From positions 1 through 41,535 of IMG/VR virus record IMGVR_UViG_3300038675_000183: a stretch of DNA of 41,535 nucleotides; one strand, written 5' to 3'. Position numbers and translations under genes: made by a program. The DNA is from a virus. Taxonomy: Duplodnaviria > Caudoviricetes. Positions 24,076 through 33,636 of the stretch are shown piece by piece; position 1 is the stretch's first letter, and every line of letters begins with the position of its first letter. The notes beneath the pieces were generated by a model. The model ran no database searches. It saw only the letters and a list, made by a program, of their open reading frames with translations, and had not been told where the DNA came from.

Positions 24076-24728
24076 GAATCAGTAACTTAAAACTCGGCAT
24101 AGGGATTCCGAATAATTTTCCCATGATTCCATCGGCGTTCTTTGATTCCTTTATCTGCATGGAGAAACCGGACTTTGTTTTCTTGAGAAGTTCATTCGGC
24201 CCGATTGAAGAAATGCGGAATAACATTGTCAGGGATGCCTTAATGCAAGGTTGCACCCATTTGATATTGATGGACACGGATCAGGTTTATCCTGTGGACA
24301 CGATAACACGGTTACTATCCCATCGGTTGCCTGTGGTTGGTGCGCTTCTGTTTCGCCGCTATCCGCCCTTTGATCCCCTCATGTTAACGGGCGACATGAC
24401 AAAGTATTCGACGATTTCAGAATGGACGGAAGGCGAACTTGTGGAAGTTGACGCAACCGGAACGGGGTGTGTCCTGTATGACACGGAAGTTTTTACAAGG
24501 ATTCCTGATCCGTGGTTTAGATTCAGAAAGACCGTGGAAGGTGGCGAGATAGGTGAAGACATTGGCTTCTGCCATGACTTACGAAAAGCCGGATATAAAA
24601 TATATGTTGATACGGCAATCAAGGTTGGGCATCTGACAAAGATGACCGTGGATCAGGCAACATGGGAACTTTATAAATTGAGTCAGGAAGTAGTCAAGCG
24701 TCAAAAGGAGAAAAGTAAAATAATTTAA
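24072..24728 (+). CDS. GT-A fold glycosyltransferase
   Basis: RN.IV..AL..GCTHL..MDTD (DxD); EVDATGTGC.L; PWF; GEDI.FC...R.AG.KIYVD...GHL. Confidence 0.85.
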   Translation: MRISNLKLGIGIPNNFPMIPSAFFDSFICMEKPDFVFLRSSFGPIEEMRNNIVRDALMQGCTHLILMDTDQVYPVDTITRLLSHRLPVVGALLFRRYPPFDPLMLTGDMTKYSTISEWTEGELVEVDATGTGCVLYDTEVFTRIPDPWFRFRKTVEGGEIGEDIGFCHDLRKAGYKIYVDTAIKVGHLTKMTVDQATWELYKLSQEVVKRQKEKSKII

Positions 24729-24785
24729 AATTTAGGGTTTTCCCAAAGAGTGGCCACTTGGAGGGGAACGCAAGAACAAATTAAG

Positions 24786-24827
24786 CGCGGCTTGTAGGAG
24801 CCTACACTTCTACGACCGCGTTTTTTT
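24786..24827 (+). terminator. Intrinsic terminator-like hairpin plus T7 between the GT genes and the major tail gene
   Basis: CGCGG-C-TTGTAGGAG...CTTCTACGA-CCGCG followed by TTTTTTT. Confidence 0.55.
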
Positions 24828-24851
24828 GTTGCCCTAAACAAAGAGGAGGAT

Positions 24852-25295
24852 TTGAAAATGGCATTTTTAGCAGGAAATAAAGGAAAGGTGACTTTGGGGG
24901 CGAATACCGTCGTCGGCATGGGATCATGGAAGCTGAACGGTATCACGGTTGATCAGTTAGAGACAACCTCATTCGGTGACACCGCAAAACAGTACATGAC
25001 CGGCCTTCTGGATTACGGCACGGTTGAATTTGCGGGCTTGTATGATCCGGCAGACACAACGGGGCAGGGCATCCTTGTCAGTGCAATGCTGAACAATAGC
25101 AAGATCGCTAATATCCGTCTGTATGTGGATAACACAAGTTACTGGACTCCTAACGTAACAACGGGATCAGGTGGGCTTGCGGCGGCTGGATTGTATCTGA
25201 CAGCAGTTCCTATCGGAATGGATAAATCTGGACTCGGAACGATTTCTTTTTCGGGTAAATGCACTGGTCCGTGGTGCTTAACAGCAGGTGCGTAA
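24852..25295 (+). CDS. Major tail (tube) protein
   Basis: W.L....D.LETTSFGD..K.Y..GL; YDP.D..GQ; position before the chaperone; start probably ATG 24858. Confidence 0.82.
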   Translation: MKMAFLAGNKGKVTLGANTVVGMGSWKLNGITVDQLETTSFGDTAKQYMTGLLDYGTVEFAGLYDPADTTGQGILVSAMLNNSKIANIRLYVDNTSYWTPNVTTGSGGLAAAGLYLTAVPIGMDKSGLGTISFSGKCTGPWCLTAGA

Positions 25296-25319
25296 CCGCA
25301 CAGAAAGGCAAGGCAAGGA

Positions 25320-25778
25320 ATGTTTGACATATCCAAATTAGGCATTGGTGAGTGGTTTCCATATCAGGAATCGAAGGTTGATCCTTTAACTGGAGAGGTG
25401 ACATGGGGTGAACCTTCAACAACGGAAAAGATTTGTTTCCGGCGGATGGACCCGGACAGGAACAGGGAAATTTCAGAGAAGTTCAAAGGGAAGAAAGTTA
25501 ACACCCCTGTTATGAATCCGTCCTCAAAGAAGATGGAACTTATCACCACTTACGAACAGACACCGGAACAGGAAAAGGCTGAGAGAATGGCCTTTTGGGA
25601 TGAGATCATTTCTGATTGGAACATCACAGATCCGCAAGGGAAACCTATTCCTCCAACGGCAGAGAATAAATATCTGCTTATTAAAGGCTCGATGGAGTTT
25701 CTGAGGTTTGCGAATCGTTGTCTGGAAATCCTGTCAGGCGCGATGGTCGAGAACAAGGAAGCATCTGAAAAAAACTGA
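25320..25778 (+). CDS. Tail assembly chaperone (gpG-like)
   Basis: I.DWNI.D..G.PIP.T.ENK; ends EKN at the slippery site. Confidence 0.8.
   Translation: MFDISKLGIGEWFPYQESKVDPLTGEVTWGEPSTTEKICFRRMDPDRNREISEKFKGKKVNTPVMNPSSKKMELITTYEQTPEQEKAERMAFWDEIISDWNITDPQGKPIPPTAENKYLLIKGSMEFLRFANRCLEILSGAMVENKEASEKN
25769..25775 (+). other. -1 programmed frameshift heptamer A AAA AAC
   Basis: The -1 frame reads CTG ATT GAA TGG GTG, open into ORF 25787-26104. Confidence 0.8.
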
Positions 25779-25786
25779 TTGAATGG

Positions 25787-26104
25787 GTGGAGTGGTTATC
25801 CACCCAAGCACCACACTGCGAAGAGTGCAGGGCAACAAAGCTGAATGGCGAACCGTGGAGTGAATCAAGGTGCGAATCGTGCCGTGTTGACCTCTTGGAA
25901 GAGAACAGGGACGCGGGAACGGTTTACATCATGTGCCGGAATCAGGTCATCACGGCGGGAATGGGAGAAATCATCGACATTAACTTGCAGACCGTCAAGA
26001 CCGTCATGGACTTATACGGCGTTAAGGATCAGCGCGAGTGCGTGGAGAAGGTCACAAAGACTTTTCGACATTACCTGAGCAAGAGGCGAGATGAGCAGAA
26101 TTGA
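25787..26104 (+). CDS. Tail assembly chaperone frameshift extension (gpT-like)
   Basis: In the -1 frame of the upstream chaperone; CxxC...CxxC; L..EN..A..V....NQ. Confidence 0.75.
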   Translation: MEWLSTQAPHCEECRATKLNGEPWSESRCESCRVDLLEENRDAGTVYIMCRNQVITAGMGEIIDINLQTVKTVMDLYGVKDQRECVEKVTKTFRHYLSKRRDEQN

Positions 26105-26462
26105 TTGGAACCTTCAGAAGTATGACGGCGAGTTTAAGGCGGCTGGAATGGCACGAATTAAAAAGGCCGCTGAAGCAATCCGCGACGCAGCAAGGGCGAA
26201 GTGCGTTGTCGGCACGATTACTCGTCCGGCAGTCGGGAAGTATTGGACTGAACGGACACCTGGGGCAATGAGGAACACCATCCGCGTAACTGAAAGGAAA
26301 GGCGTTGATAACATCCTTGTTATCGCGGGAAACGACAAGACGTGGTGGGCAACACAAATGGAGTATGGACGCGGCGCTTGGAAGGGCGGGGCAAAACCTT
26401 TTATGCGTCAGGCAATCCATGAATCATATGAGAAGATTCGGGCAATCGTTGAGGGCAGATAA
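26091..26462 (+). CDS. HK97 gp10-like tail component
   Basis: AA..IRD.AR...G.MR.TI; W....EYG.....AKPFMRQA. Confidence 0.75.
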   Translation: MSRIDWNLQKYDGEFKAAGMARIKKAAEAIRDAARAKCVVGTITRPAVGKYWTERTPGAMRNTIRVTERKGVDNILVIAGNDKTWWATQMEYGRGAWKGGAKPFMRQAIHESYEKIRAIVEGR

Positions 26463-29017
26463 TGGCTGAAGGTAAACCAGTTGGCCAAATGTACGTTGAG
26501 CTTGCGCTTGACGCCACGAAATACACGAAGGCGCAAAAGGAAATATTGGCCGGTGCGGAGAAGAACTCTGCCGACATCAACAAGGCGTTCAAGATCGTCG
26601 GGACAAAATCTGACGAAATGTATAACGCCATGAGAAAGAACATCCAAAACCATCTTGACGCCATTAAGAAATCTCATTTGTCATCGCACGACGAAATCAG
26701 AAGGGCGAAGGAAGCGGCGGCTGCCAAGATCAAGGCCATAGACGAGGCGCAGTATGGTGTGCAAGCCGGATTCATCGAGAAGTGGAAAAAGAACTGGCTG
26801 GCGGCTACTGCCGCAGTAACCGCAGCATATTTTGCCGTAAGCAGGGCCTGGGACATTGCCGAGAAAGCCGCGAACTTTGAACAGCAGAAGATCGGTTTTG
26901 CTAACCTTGCTGCCTCCTATGAGGCAAACGGGGAGAAGATACTCGAAAGTTTAAAAAAGGTTTCCGGCGGAACGGTCGACAGCATGACTCTGGTGAACAA
27001 GGCTGGAACCGCCATGATGATGGGGATTGATCCTGACAAGATTGTCAAGTTGATGGAAATTGCGCGGGCGACCACCAGGGTTACGGGACAGTCGGTGACA
27101 CAGGCATTTGACGACATATCTTTGGCCGTTGCCAGATCAAGTAAATTAAAACTGGATAACCTCGGCATCATCATTGACGTTGCAAAAGCTAACGAGGAAT
27201 ATGCGCTAGAGTTAGGAACTACCGCAGAAAAACTTAACGACACACAAAGGAAACAGGCGTTTCTTAACGCATCCATCAAGGCCGGTGAAGACCTCATCAA
27301 GAGGATGGGCGATCAGGCAGATACCACAAGAGACAAGATGGACAGGCTGAAAGTTTCACTTGATGAACTTCAACTACTCATGGGTCAAGGTTTGATTCGT
27401 GCCGGACTTGGTTTATACGGCGTTTTCCAGATGGTTGCTGCTGCCGCATTAAAGATTTCACAGGGCATTTTCAAGATAGCTGAAGGTGCAAACGCACTGC
27501 TTGATTTTGTGACGTTTGATAACTCTTTAGGTGGTGCTCAAGCAAAAAAAGATAAGCAATATTGGGCATTGCAAGCCGACGCCGCTGGTGGTGCATCTAG
27601 TGAGTTGTGGCAAACCGCAAAAGATAATTTTGCCGCCATGACTGCATCTTCAAAAGACCTCGCAAGTGCAATGGTAAAACAAACGAGTGATACTGGTACC
27701 ACCACGCCAGCAGTAACCAAAGGCGGCGGTGGTTCAGCCGATTGGACTGAATGGAACATCGCAAAGGACGTTTACGAGAAGGCCATTGATGCGGCTGAGT
27801 ATGCGGCAAAAATGGAAATCACCGCTGGCAAGGATGCTCTGACGGCCAAACTGGAAGCTCTCGACAAACAGGAAGCGGCTTTAGAAACCTATTACGCATC
27901 TGCAACAGCCGCCGCACAAGGCAACAAAGACAAACTATCTCAGCTAGACCTTGAATATAACAAGGACGTTCAGAAGTACGCACTGGAACGAGCACAGATT
28001 ATAAGAAAACAGGAACTTAATATCCTTGAACTGAAAAAGACATCGGCAGATGCACAGTCTGAAATTGATAAAAAAGAAATTGATCTTGCAAAGGAACTCT
28101 ATGACGCGAAAGCGAAATACGGCGGGACTTCGAACCTTGAAGATTTAAAGGCCGAATACGAAGTCAAAAGAAAGAGTCTGGAACTGGACAAGCAGAAACT
28201 TGAAGCCGAACTGCTTTACGTTGAGGCCAAGGGTGCATCACAGGAAAAAGAAAAAGAAATCCTCGAACTGAAAAAGAAGCAGAAACTTCTTGTGATGGAA
28301 ATAAACACCCTCGACGAAAAGGAATGGATTGAATCTAAAAAATACACCGGCAACTTCTTTGAGGGTTGGTCATCTGGAATAGCACAATGGCGCAAGAGTG
28401 TAGGCGAAGAGTTTGAGCAAGCTCAGGATATGGCAAAGACCACAGCCGATGCCATGAAGAACTCTTTAAGCGACGGTTTCTTTAAGTTACTCAAGGGTGA
28501 AACGGTATCCATGAGGGATATATTCTCCTCCATGTTTGATTCCATCCTTAAACGATTCACCGATATGTGTTCTGAGATGGTCATTAAGTGGATCACAAGC
28601 AAAGAGGCTATGGCAATGGCAGGTGCGTCGATTTCAGCCGTTGGGACCGGCCTCAGTGCTATCCTCGGCGGTCTGTTTCATGAAGGCGGTATTGTCGGTG
28701 GAAACACGACAGGCGTAATGCTCCCCGCTTATGCCTTTGCCGGGGCGCCTCGCTTACATAACGGTCTGTCTGCTGACGAATACCCTGCAATTTTACAGAA
28801 GGGAGAGGAAGTAATCCCGAAAAGCAAGGCCGGTCAGAAACAGGAAAAGTCCGGCGACAGCGCGAACCTCAATCAATACACCATTAATATAAACGCCGTT
28901 GACGCGAAGTCCTTTGCCGAACTTTGCAAAAGGAATCCGTCTGCATTGATCGGGCCGGTCATGAGTGGCATGAAGTCTAATAAAACCCGTAACGACATGA
29001 GGAAGTTGCTGAAATGA
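26462..29017 (+). CDS. Tape measure protein
   Basis: 851 aa, Ala/Lys-rich helical; LDNLGI; C-terminal FHEGG...APRLH.GL..DEYPAILQKGEEV; INAVDAKSF. Confidence 0.93.
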   Translation: MAEGKPVGQMYVELALDATKYTKAQKEILAGAEKNSADINKAFKIVGTKSDEMYNAMRKNIQNHLDAIKKSHLSSHDEIRRAKEAAAAKIKAIDEAQYGVQAGFIEKWKKNWLAATAAVTAAYFAVSRAWDIAEKAANFEQQKIGFANLAASYEANGEKILESLKKVSGGTVDSMTLVNKAGTAMMMGIDPDKIVKLMEIARATTRVTGQSVTQAFDDISLAVARSSKLKLDNLGIIIDVAKANEEYALELGTTAEKLNDTQRKQAFLNASIKAGEDLIKRMGDQADTTRDKMDRLKVSLDELQLLMGQGLIRAGLGLYGVFQMVAAAALKISQGIFKIAEGANALLDFVTFDNSLGGAQAKKDKQYWALQADAAGGASSELWQTAKDNFAAMTASSKDLASAMVKQTSDTGTTTPAVTKGGGGSADWTEWNIAKDVYEKAIDAAEYAAKMEITAGKDALTAKLEALDKQEAALETYYASATAAAQGNKDKLSQLDLEYNKDVQKYALERAQIIRKQELNILELKKTSADAQSEIDKKEIDLAKELYDAKAKYGGTSNLEDLKAEYEVKRKSLELDKQKLEAELLYVEAKGASQEKEKEILELKKKQKLLVMEINTLDEKEWIESKKYTGNFFEGWSSGIAQWRKSVGEEFEQAQDMAKTTADAMKNSLSDGFFKLLKGETVSMRDIFSSMFDSILKRFTDMCSEMVIKWITSKEAMAMAGASISAVGTGLSAILGGLFHEGGIVGGNTTGVMLPAYAFAGAPRLHNGLSADEYPAILQKGEEVIPKSKAGQKQEKSGDSANLNQYTININAVDAKSFAELCKRNPSALIGPVMSGMKSNKTRNDMRKLLK

Positions 29018-29589
29018 GCGAAGTCTATCCTACAACGCCCGTTCCAAATTGGCCATATGACATACGAATCAACTGGAACACCACTATTTCGGCGTTCGAT
29101 TCAGGGAAGGAACAAAGAAGGCAGAAGAACCTATATCCCAAGTATGACGTGACGCTGACTTATTCGGTTCTGACAATGGCGCAGATGCAGACGCTCTGGA
29201 ACTTCTATCAGGCGCGTAAAGGGACATTTGAACCGTTTTATTTTTACTCATTGGAAAGCACGACATGGAGCGGATGTTATCTTGGAATCGGTGACGGCAC
29301 AACCACGACATTTGACATCCCCGGCAAGTCCACGTCGAACGTACAAATCTATGTGAGCGGTGTTGCATTACGGGCGACAGAGGAATACACATTATTAACT
29401 GGTGGTGGAGCTGGATCATCGGACAGGGTTAATTTCTTAACCGCACCGGCGGCCAATGCCCTTATCACCTGTGACTTTACCGGATACCTAAGAATCAGGT
29501 GTCGATTTCAGGAAGAGCTTTCACGGTCTGCTTTTACAGCGGCCTTGTACCGGACGGGAATTAAACTTAAAGGGTTATCGCATATATGA
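29014..29589 (+). CDS. Distal tail protein (DUF2460-like)
   Basis: T.I...DSGKEQR; F..ARKG.F..F; GDG.TT.F; F.TAPA..A.IT.DF. Confidence 0.82.
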   Translation: MSEVYPTTPVPNWPYDIRINWNTTISAFDSGKEQRRQKNLYPKYDVTLTYSVLTMAQMQTLWNFYQARKGTFEPFYFYSLESTTWSGCYLGIGDGTTTTFDIPGKSTSNVQIYVSGVALRATEEYTLLTGGGAGSSDRVNFLTAPAANALITCDFTGYLRIRCRFQEELSRSAFTAALYRTGIKLKGLSHI

Positions 29590-30212
29590 GGATCATTAAT
29601 TCCGACATCTCTGCCGAACTGCAAAAAGAGTATTTGCGCTTTTTTGCGATGGTTGAATTTGTCTTTTCGTCTGCGACTTATAGATACAACGAAACGGAAG
29701 AGACTATTTACGATGCTGACGGCAACCCTTTTCTGCCGCGCACGTTCACCTTTGACAACATTAACGCTACTTCGGGGATGTCTGCATCTTCCATTGATAT
29801 TGTAATTGACGATACAGACAAGACCATGAGCGCGATCCTATTAGGTGAGGACGTAAGGAACAAGGTTGTCAAGTTGTATATTGGGGCCGTCACGGAAACA
29901 GCCGGAGTAACGGAGATTGTCACGGAAGAATTTATGCGTGGCATCATCGGTGGATGGGAGCTTTCAGAGGATTCAAAGGCAACCATCACTATCCAGAATG
30001 AATTTGTATTGTGGTCTAAAAAGACACTGAGGACACAATCATCATCCTGTCCGTGGGTTTTCAAGGGGCTTGAATGTACCTATGCCGGACATGAAACATG
30101 GTGCGATCAGAGTTATCCACGATGCAAGGCTTTGGGCAACAGTGATTATTTCGGCGGCTTTCGGTTTCTGCCGAGTATCACCGGAACAGAAATCAAGTGG
30201 GGCGGGCAATGA
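29586..30212 (+). CDS. Baseplate hub/minor tail protein (DUF2163/gpL-like)
   Basis: C-terminal CPW.F...EC.Y....CD.....C......FGGF cysteine cluster. Confidence 0.8.
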   Translation: MRIINSDISAELQKEYLRFFAMVEFVFSSATYRYNETEETIYDADGNPFLPRTFTFDNINATSGMSASSIDIVIDDTDKTMSAILLGEDVRNKVVKLYIGAVTETAGVTEIVTEEFMRGIIGGWELSEDSKATITIQNEFVLWSKKTLRTQSSSCPWVFKGLECTYAGHETWCDQSYPRCKALGNSDYFGGFRFLPSITGTEIKWGGQ

Positions 30213-30640
30213 GAGAGCAAAAAAAGACCTTTGCTGAAATCATCGGTGACTTTGCCATGAAACCGGCAAGCCATAAACACAATGATCCGGTCAATGGGTA
30301 TAGTTGTTTAGGCTTTTGTCATTCGGTTTTAAAGACGTTGGGTAAAAATCCACCGGACAGTTATCAGGGGATTAACCTAGATAACTTCGAGGAGCTTTAC
30401 CCTTCGGGAACCGAATCGACTTTTGAGAAGTTAAAAGAGTTTTCCCAAACGATGGGAAGTGAAGTCAATCCGGCGTTAGTCGTTGCCGGTGATTATATAC
30501 TTTTGGAAGATCGGCGCGGTCATGTGTTTCCGGGGATTTACGCGGGTAACGGTCAGGCGATGGTCTGCTTTGAGTATTGCGGTGTGAGGTCGTTCACTAT
30601 TTCGGGGAAGGCTAAAATCATTATGGCGAGGCGGTTGTGA
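30209..30640 (+). CDS. NlpC/P60-like tail-associated protein
   Basis: G..C.GF; GD..L; GIYAGNG; position between hub and tip protein; the catalytic His looks substituted. Confidence 0.6.
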   Translation: MREQKKTFAEIIGDFAMKPASHKHNDPVNGYSCLGFCHSVLKTLGKNPPDSYQGINLDNFEELYPSGTESTFEKLKEFSQTMGSEVNPALVVAGDYILLEDRRGHVFPGIYAGNGQAMVCFEYCGVRSFTISGKAKIIMARRL

Positions 30641-33264
30641 TTCCATTTATTACAGGCTTAATTTTAGTTTTGGTTATTGTCCCGCAAGACGCTCATGCGT
30701 GGGCGGGGGCTACTTGGTTGGCAGGGGTCATTGTGGGGGCCGTCGTTGGCACAGTGTCGGGAGCTCCCGCCGCCATAGCTGTTGCTGCTGCTTATGTTTT
30801 GTCCGCTGCTATATATGTCGGTGGTGTGGCTATTGTTGGCATGGGGTTGTCGATGATCGGGCAAGCGTTGACCAGTGGATCATCGGGCAGTGGGCTTGGT
30901 TCTGCGGGGTCATCAGCACAGGCAACAAAAGAAACATCTGCTAGAGGGCAATTAATCAACACGACTGATTCACAGGTTGCCTTGCCTTTGGTCTATGGCC
31001 GTCAGAGAGTTGGCATTAACCGTGTATATATCGGAACAAGCGGAACTGATAATAAATATTTGCACATTGTCGGTACGCTATGCGAAGGGCCGATTGAAGG
31101 GATTGCGGTTGTTAGCGGCGTTCCTCAAATATACCTTAACGACAAGATTTATACCTCATTCGGTGATTCGTTTTATTATGAATTTGCTTCTGGAACATCC
31201 ACACAGACGGTTAATTCAACGCTTCATTCAGCAATACCAGCGTGGACTGATCCGTTAAGATACACGGCTTATATATATGTAAGGTTGACGTTTAACCCAG
31301 ATGTCTTTACTTCCATCCCCGAAATTACCGTCGTTGTTGACGGGTTGAAGGTTTACGATCCGGCGACTGAAACAACGGCATTTTCCTCCAATCCCGCTAT
31401 ATGCTCAAGGGACTTCCTGACACGAAGGTCATGCAGAGGCGGCATGGAAATAGCTTCTGCGAGAATAGATGACACATTAGTCAACGCGGCCGCTGCCTAT
31501 TGCACAACAAAGGGATGGACGTGCAATCTATGTATTTTAGAGAATAACTCCGTGGTGGACAACCTCGCGCAGATTCTAGGGTGTTTCAGAGGTGACGTGG
31601 TTTACTCCGGCACGAACTTCAAAATGAAATACACAGACCTTAATTACGAATCATCCGTAATGGACATTGACGAAGATGACATCGTTGAGGTCAACGGAAG
31701 AAGCACTTTGGCAATCGTCCAGCCGGATATATTCGGGACTCCAAACGCCGTCAGGATGAAATTCTACAACGAGAAAAAGCTATGGCAGATTGACGATTAT
31801 GTTCTTTCTGATTCAGATGCAATCACGGCAGACGGAGATTACCGGGAAAAGGAAATCTACGTCAGAGGCATTGACAACCTTGATGATGCTCAAAAGATTG
31901 CCAATTACAACCTTGAACGACTCCGATACAACAAGACCATTTCCTTTGTAATGGGATCGCGGGGCATGGCTCTTGAACCTTACGATATTATCCGCGTGAC
32001 CGTTGCCGCTTATGGCTGGGCGTTAAAACTATTCAGGGTCATGGAAACAACAGCGACGCAGACGGGAGAAGTGGCTATTATTGCCGTGGAAGAAACAGCG
32101 GCCATGTATGACGATACTTATAATTTATCTGACTATACATGGGATGACACAACCCTGCCGTCCATCCTTGACCCGATTCCGTCTGTCGGGAATATCATTT
32201 TAACAGAAGAAGTCTATTACTATCGCAAACGCTCTTACGTTAGATTGAACGTCACATTTACGCCTCCCGCGAAGTCAGTCTATCCGCAATGGTCGTATGC
32301 TGATGTTTATACAAAGGTCGGGTCTGGTGATTGGGTATTCCAGACAAAGGCCGTCACTTCATACACCCTTGACCCCGTGGAAGAAGGCGAAACCTATATG
32401 GTCAGGCTTGTGTCCTGTACCACTTACGGATCAAAACAAGTCTTTGCCAATGGTGCAACGGCATCAAAGACGATTGTCGGAAGGTCGGCAACTCCTCCTT
32501 CATCGGTCAGTGGCGTTTCCGTTGCTGTAACTGGTAATTCAGTTAAAATATATGCCCCGGCACTTGATGACCCTGATATTGCTTTCTATGAGGTACGATC
32601 AGGGACGACATGGGCCGGTGGTACGATGGTCGGCAGATCGGTATCTGCGATTATTTATCTTCCGGGTGTTAGACCTGGAACTTACACTTTCTGGATGAAC
32701 ACCTGTGATACTTCCGGTCTGTACGGGACAACACCTCGTTCAACGACTTGCATGGTTTATACTCCTATTACTGAAACCCTAGAGAATGAATGGACGTGGG
32801 ACTACTCGACGGGATCACACAGCAACACGGAAAGAGTTTTGTCTGATCCTGAAAGCGACAACGCCCTTAAATGCTCTCATACCAATGATAATTTACTCGG
32901 TTCGTGGTTGTCGGTTGAGTATGATCTCGGTTCAATTAAGACAGCTAGAATCGAAGGTGATTTCTTAACTTACTATGTCGCTGGAACGCCGACATGGGCA
33001 AACACGGTAGGCACACAGACATGGGCTGATTGGGCGACGGATGACGCATGGAAAGCCCTATTTGACATGGAAGCGGCAGACTCGTTGAGCGCGGTCTTGT
33101 ATTATGGGGAAACATCACCCCCGACTAACTCAATCGCAATATCTTCCGTGTTAAGCCCGACAGTCAGCGCGAGATATGTCAAGGTACTGGTCTATATTAC
33201 AGACCCGGTGCTTGACGCAAATCTATACGTTAAAAACCTTAATATGAAGGCTTACGCATCATGA
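30637..33264 (+). CDS. Tail tip/host-specificity protein (gpJ-like) with FN3-like domains
   Basis: LPLVYGRQR; CEGPI; GLKVYDP; SSNPA.C..DFL; LEPYDII; 875 aa. Confidence 0.9.
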   Translation: MIPFITGLILVLVIVPQDAHAWAGATWLAGVIVGAVVGTVSGAPAAIAVAAAYVLSAAIYVGGVAIVGMGLSMIGQALTSGSSGSGLGSAGSSAQATKETSARGQLINTTDSQVALPLVYGRQRVGINRVYIGTSGTDNKYLHIVGTLCEGPIEGIAVVSGVPQIYLNDKIYTSFGDSFYYEFASGTSTQTVNSTLHSAIPAWTDPLRYTAYIYVRLTFNPDVFTSIPEITVVVDGLKVYDPATETTAFSSNPAICSRDFLTRRSCRGGMEIASARIDDTLVNAAAAYCTTKGWTCNLCILENNSVVDNLAQILGCFRGDVVYSGTNFKMKYTDLNYESSVMDIDEDDIVEVNGRSTLAIVQPDIFGTPNAVRMKFYNEKKLWQIDDYVLSDSDAITADGDYREKEIYVRGIDNLDDAQKIANYNLERLRYNKTISFVMGSRGMALEPYDIIRVTVAAYGWALKLFRVMETTATQTGEVAIIAVEETAAMYDDTYNLSDYTWDDTTLPSILDPIPSVGNIILTEEVYYYRKRSYVRLNVTFTPPAKSVYPQWSYADVYTKVGSGDWVFQTKAVTSYTLDPVEEGETYMVRLVSCTTYGSKQVFANGATASKTIVGRSATPPSSVSGVSVAVTGNSVKIYAPALDDPDIAFYEVRSGTTWAGGTMVGRSVSAIIYLPGVRPGTYTFWMNTCDTSGLYGTTPRSTTCMVYTPITETLENEWTWDYSTGSHSNTERVLSDPESDNALKCSHTNDNLLGSWLSVEYDLGSIKTARIEGDFLTYYVAGTPTWANTVGTQTWADWATDDAWKALFDMEAADSLSAVLYYGETSPPTNSIAISSVLSPTVSARYVKVLVYITDPVLDANLYVKNLNMKAYAS

Positions 33265-33494
33265 AATATGTAATTGATACGATAGTTACAACGAAAGGAA
33301 TTGATTACGTTTACATTAAATTCCTTAATGATGAAGGCAAGGTCATAGAAAAGCACTGCCTCCCCTATGACGAAAAGTTTGAAACGGAAATCAAGGCGAG
33401 GCTGGCGAAGTGCGATACAGCAAACAGTACGTTGGAAGCAAAAAAACAAGCAATAGAAGCCATCTTTGCTAAAGCAGGGGCAACGAAAGGATAG
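33261..33494 (+). CDS. Hypothetical protein
   Basis: ORF track; ATGA coupling. Confidence 0.6.
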   Translation: MKYVIDTIVTTKGIDYVYIKFLNDEGKVIEKHCLPYDEKFETEIKARLAKCDTANSTLEAKKQAIEAIFAKAGATKG

Positions 33495-33507
33495 AAGGAG
33501 TAAAGAT

Positions 33508-33621
33508 ATGAGTCATTGTAGCGTGTTGGGATGTTTTTCTAAAAAAGAAGATGCGGCGTTGGCTTATAACAATGCCGCCATTGAGAACTTTGGCGAATAT
33601 GCCAGACTAAATACTTTATAA
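33508..33621 (+). pseudogene. AP2-domain remnant of an HNH-AP2 homing endonuclease
   Basis: Manual translation MSHCSVLGCFSKKEDAALAYNNAAIENFGEYARLNTL matches LG.F...E.AA.AY..AA...FGE.A.LN. Confidence 0.7.
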
Positions 33622-33636
33622 TATTAGGGGGTTACA

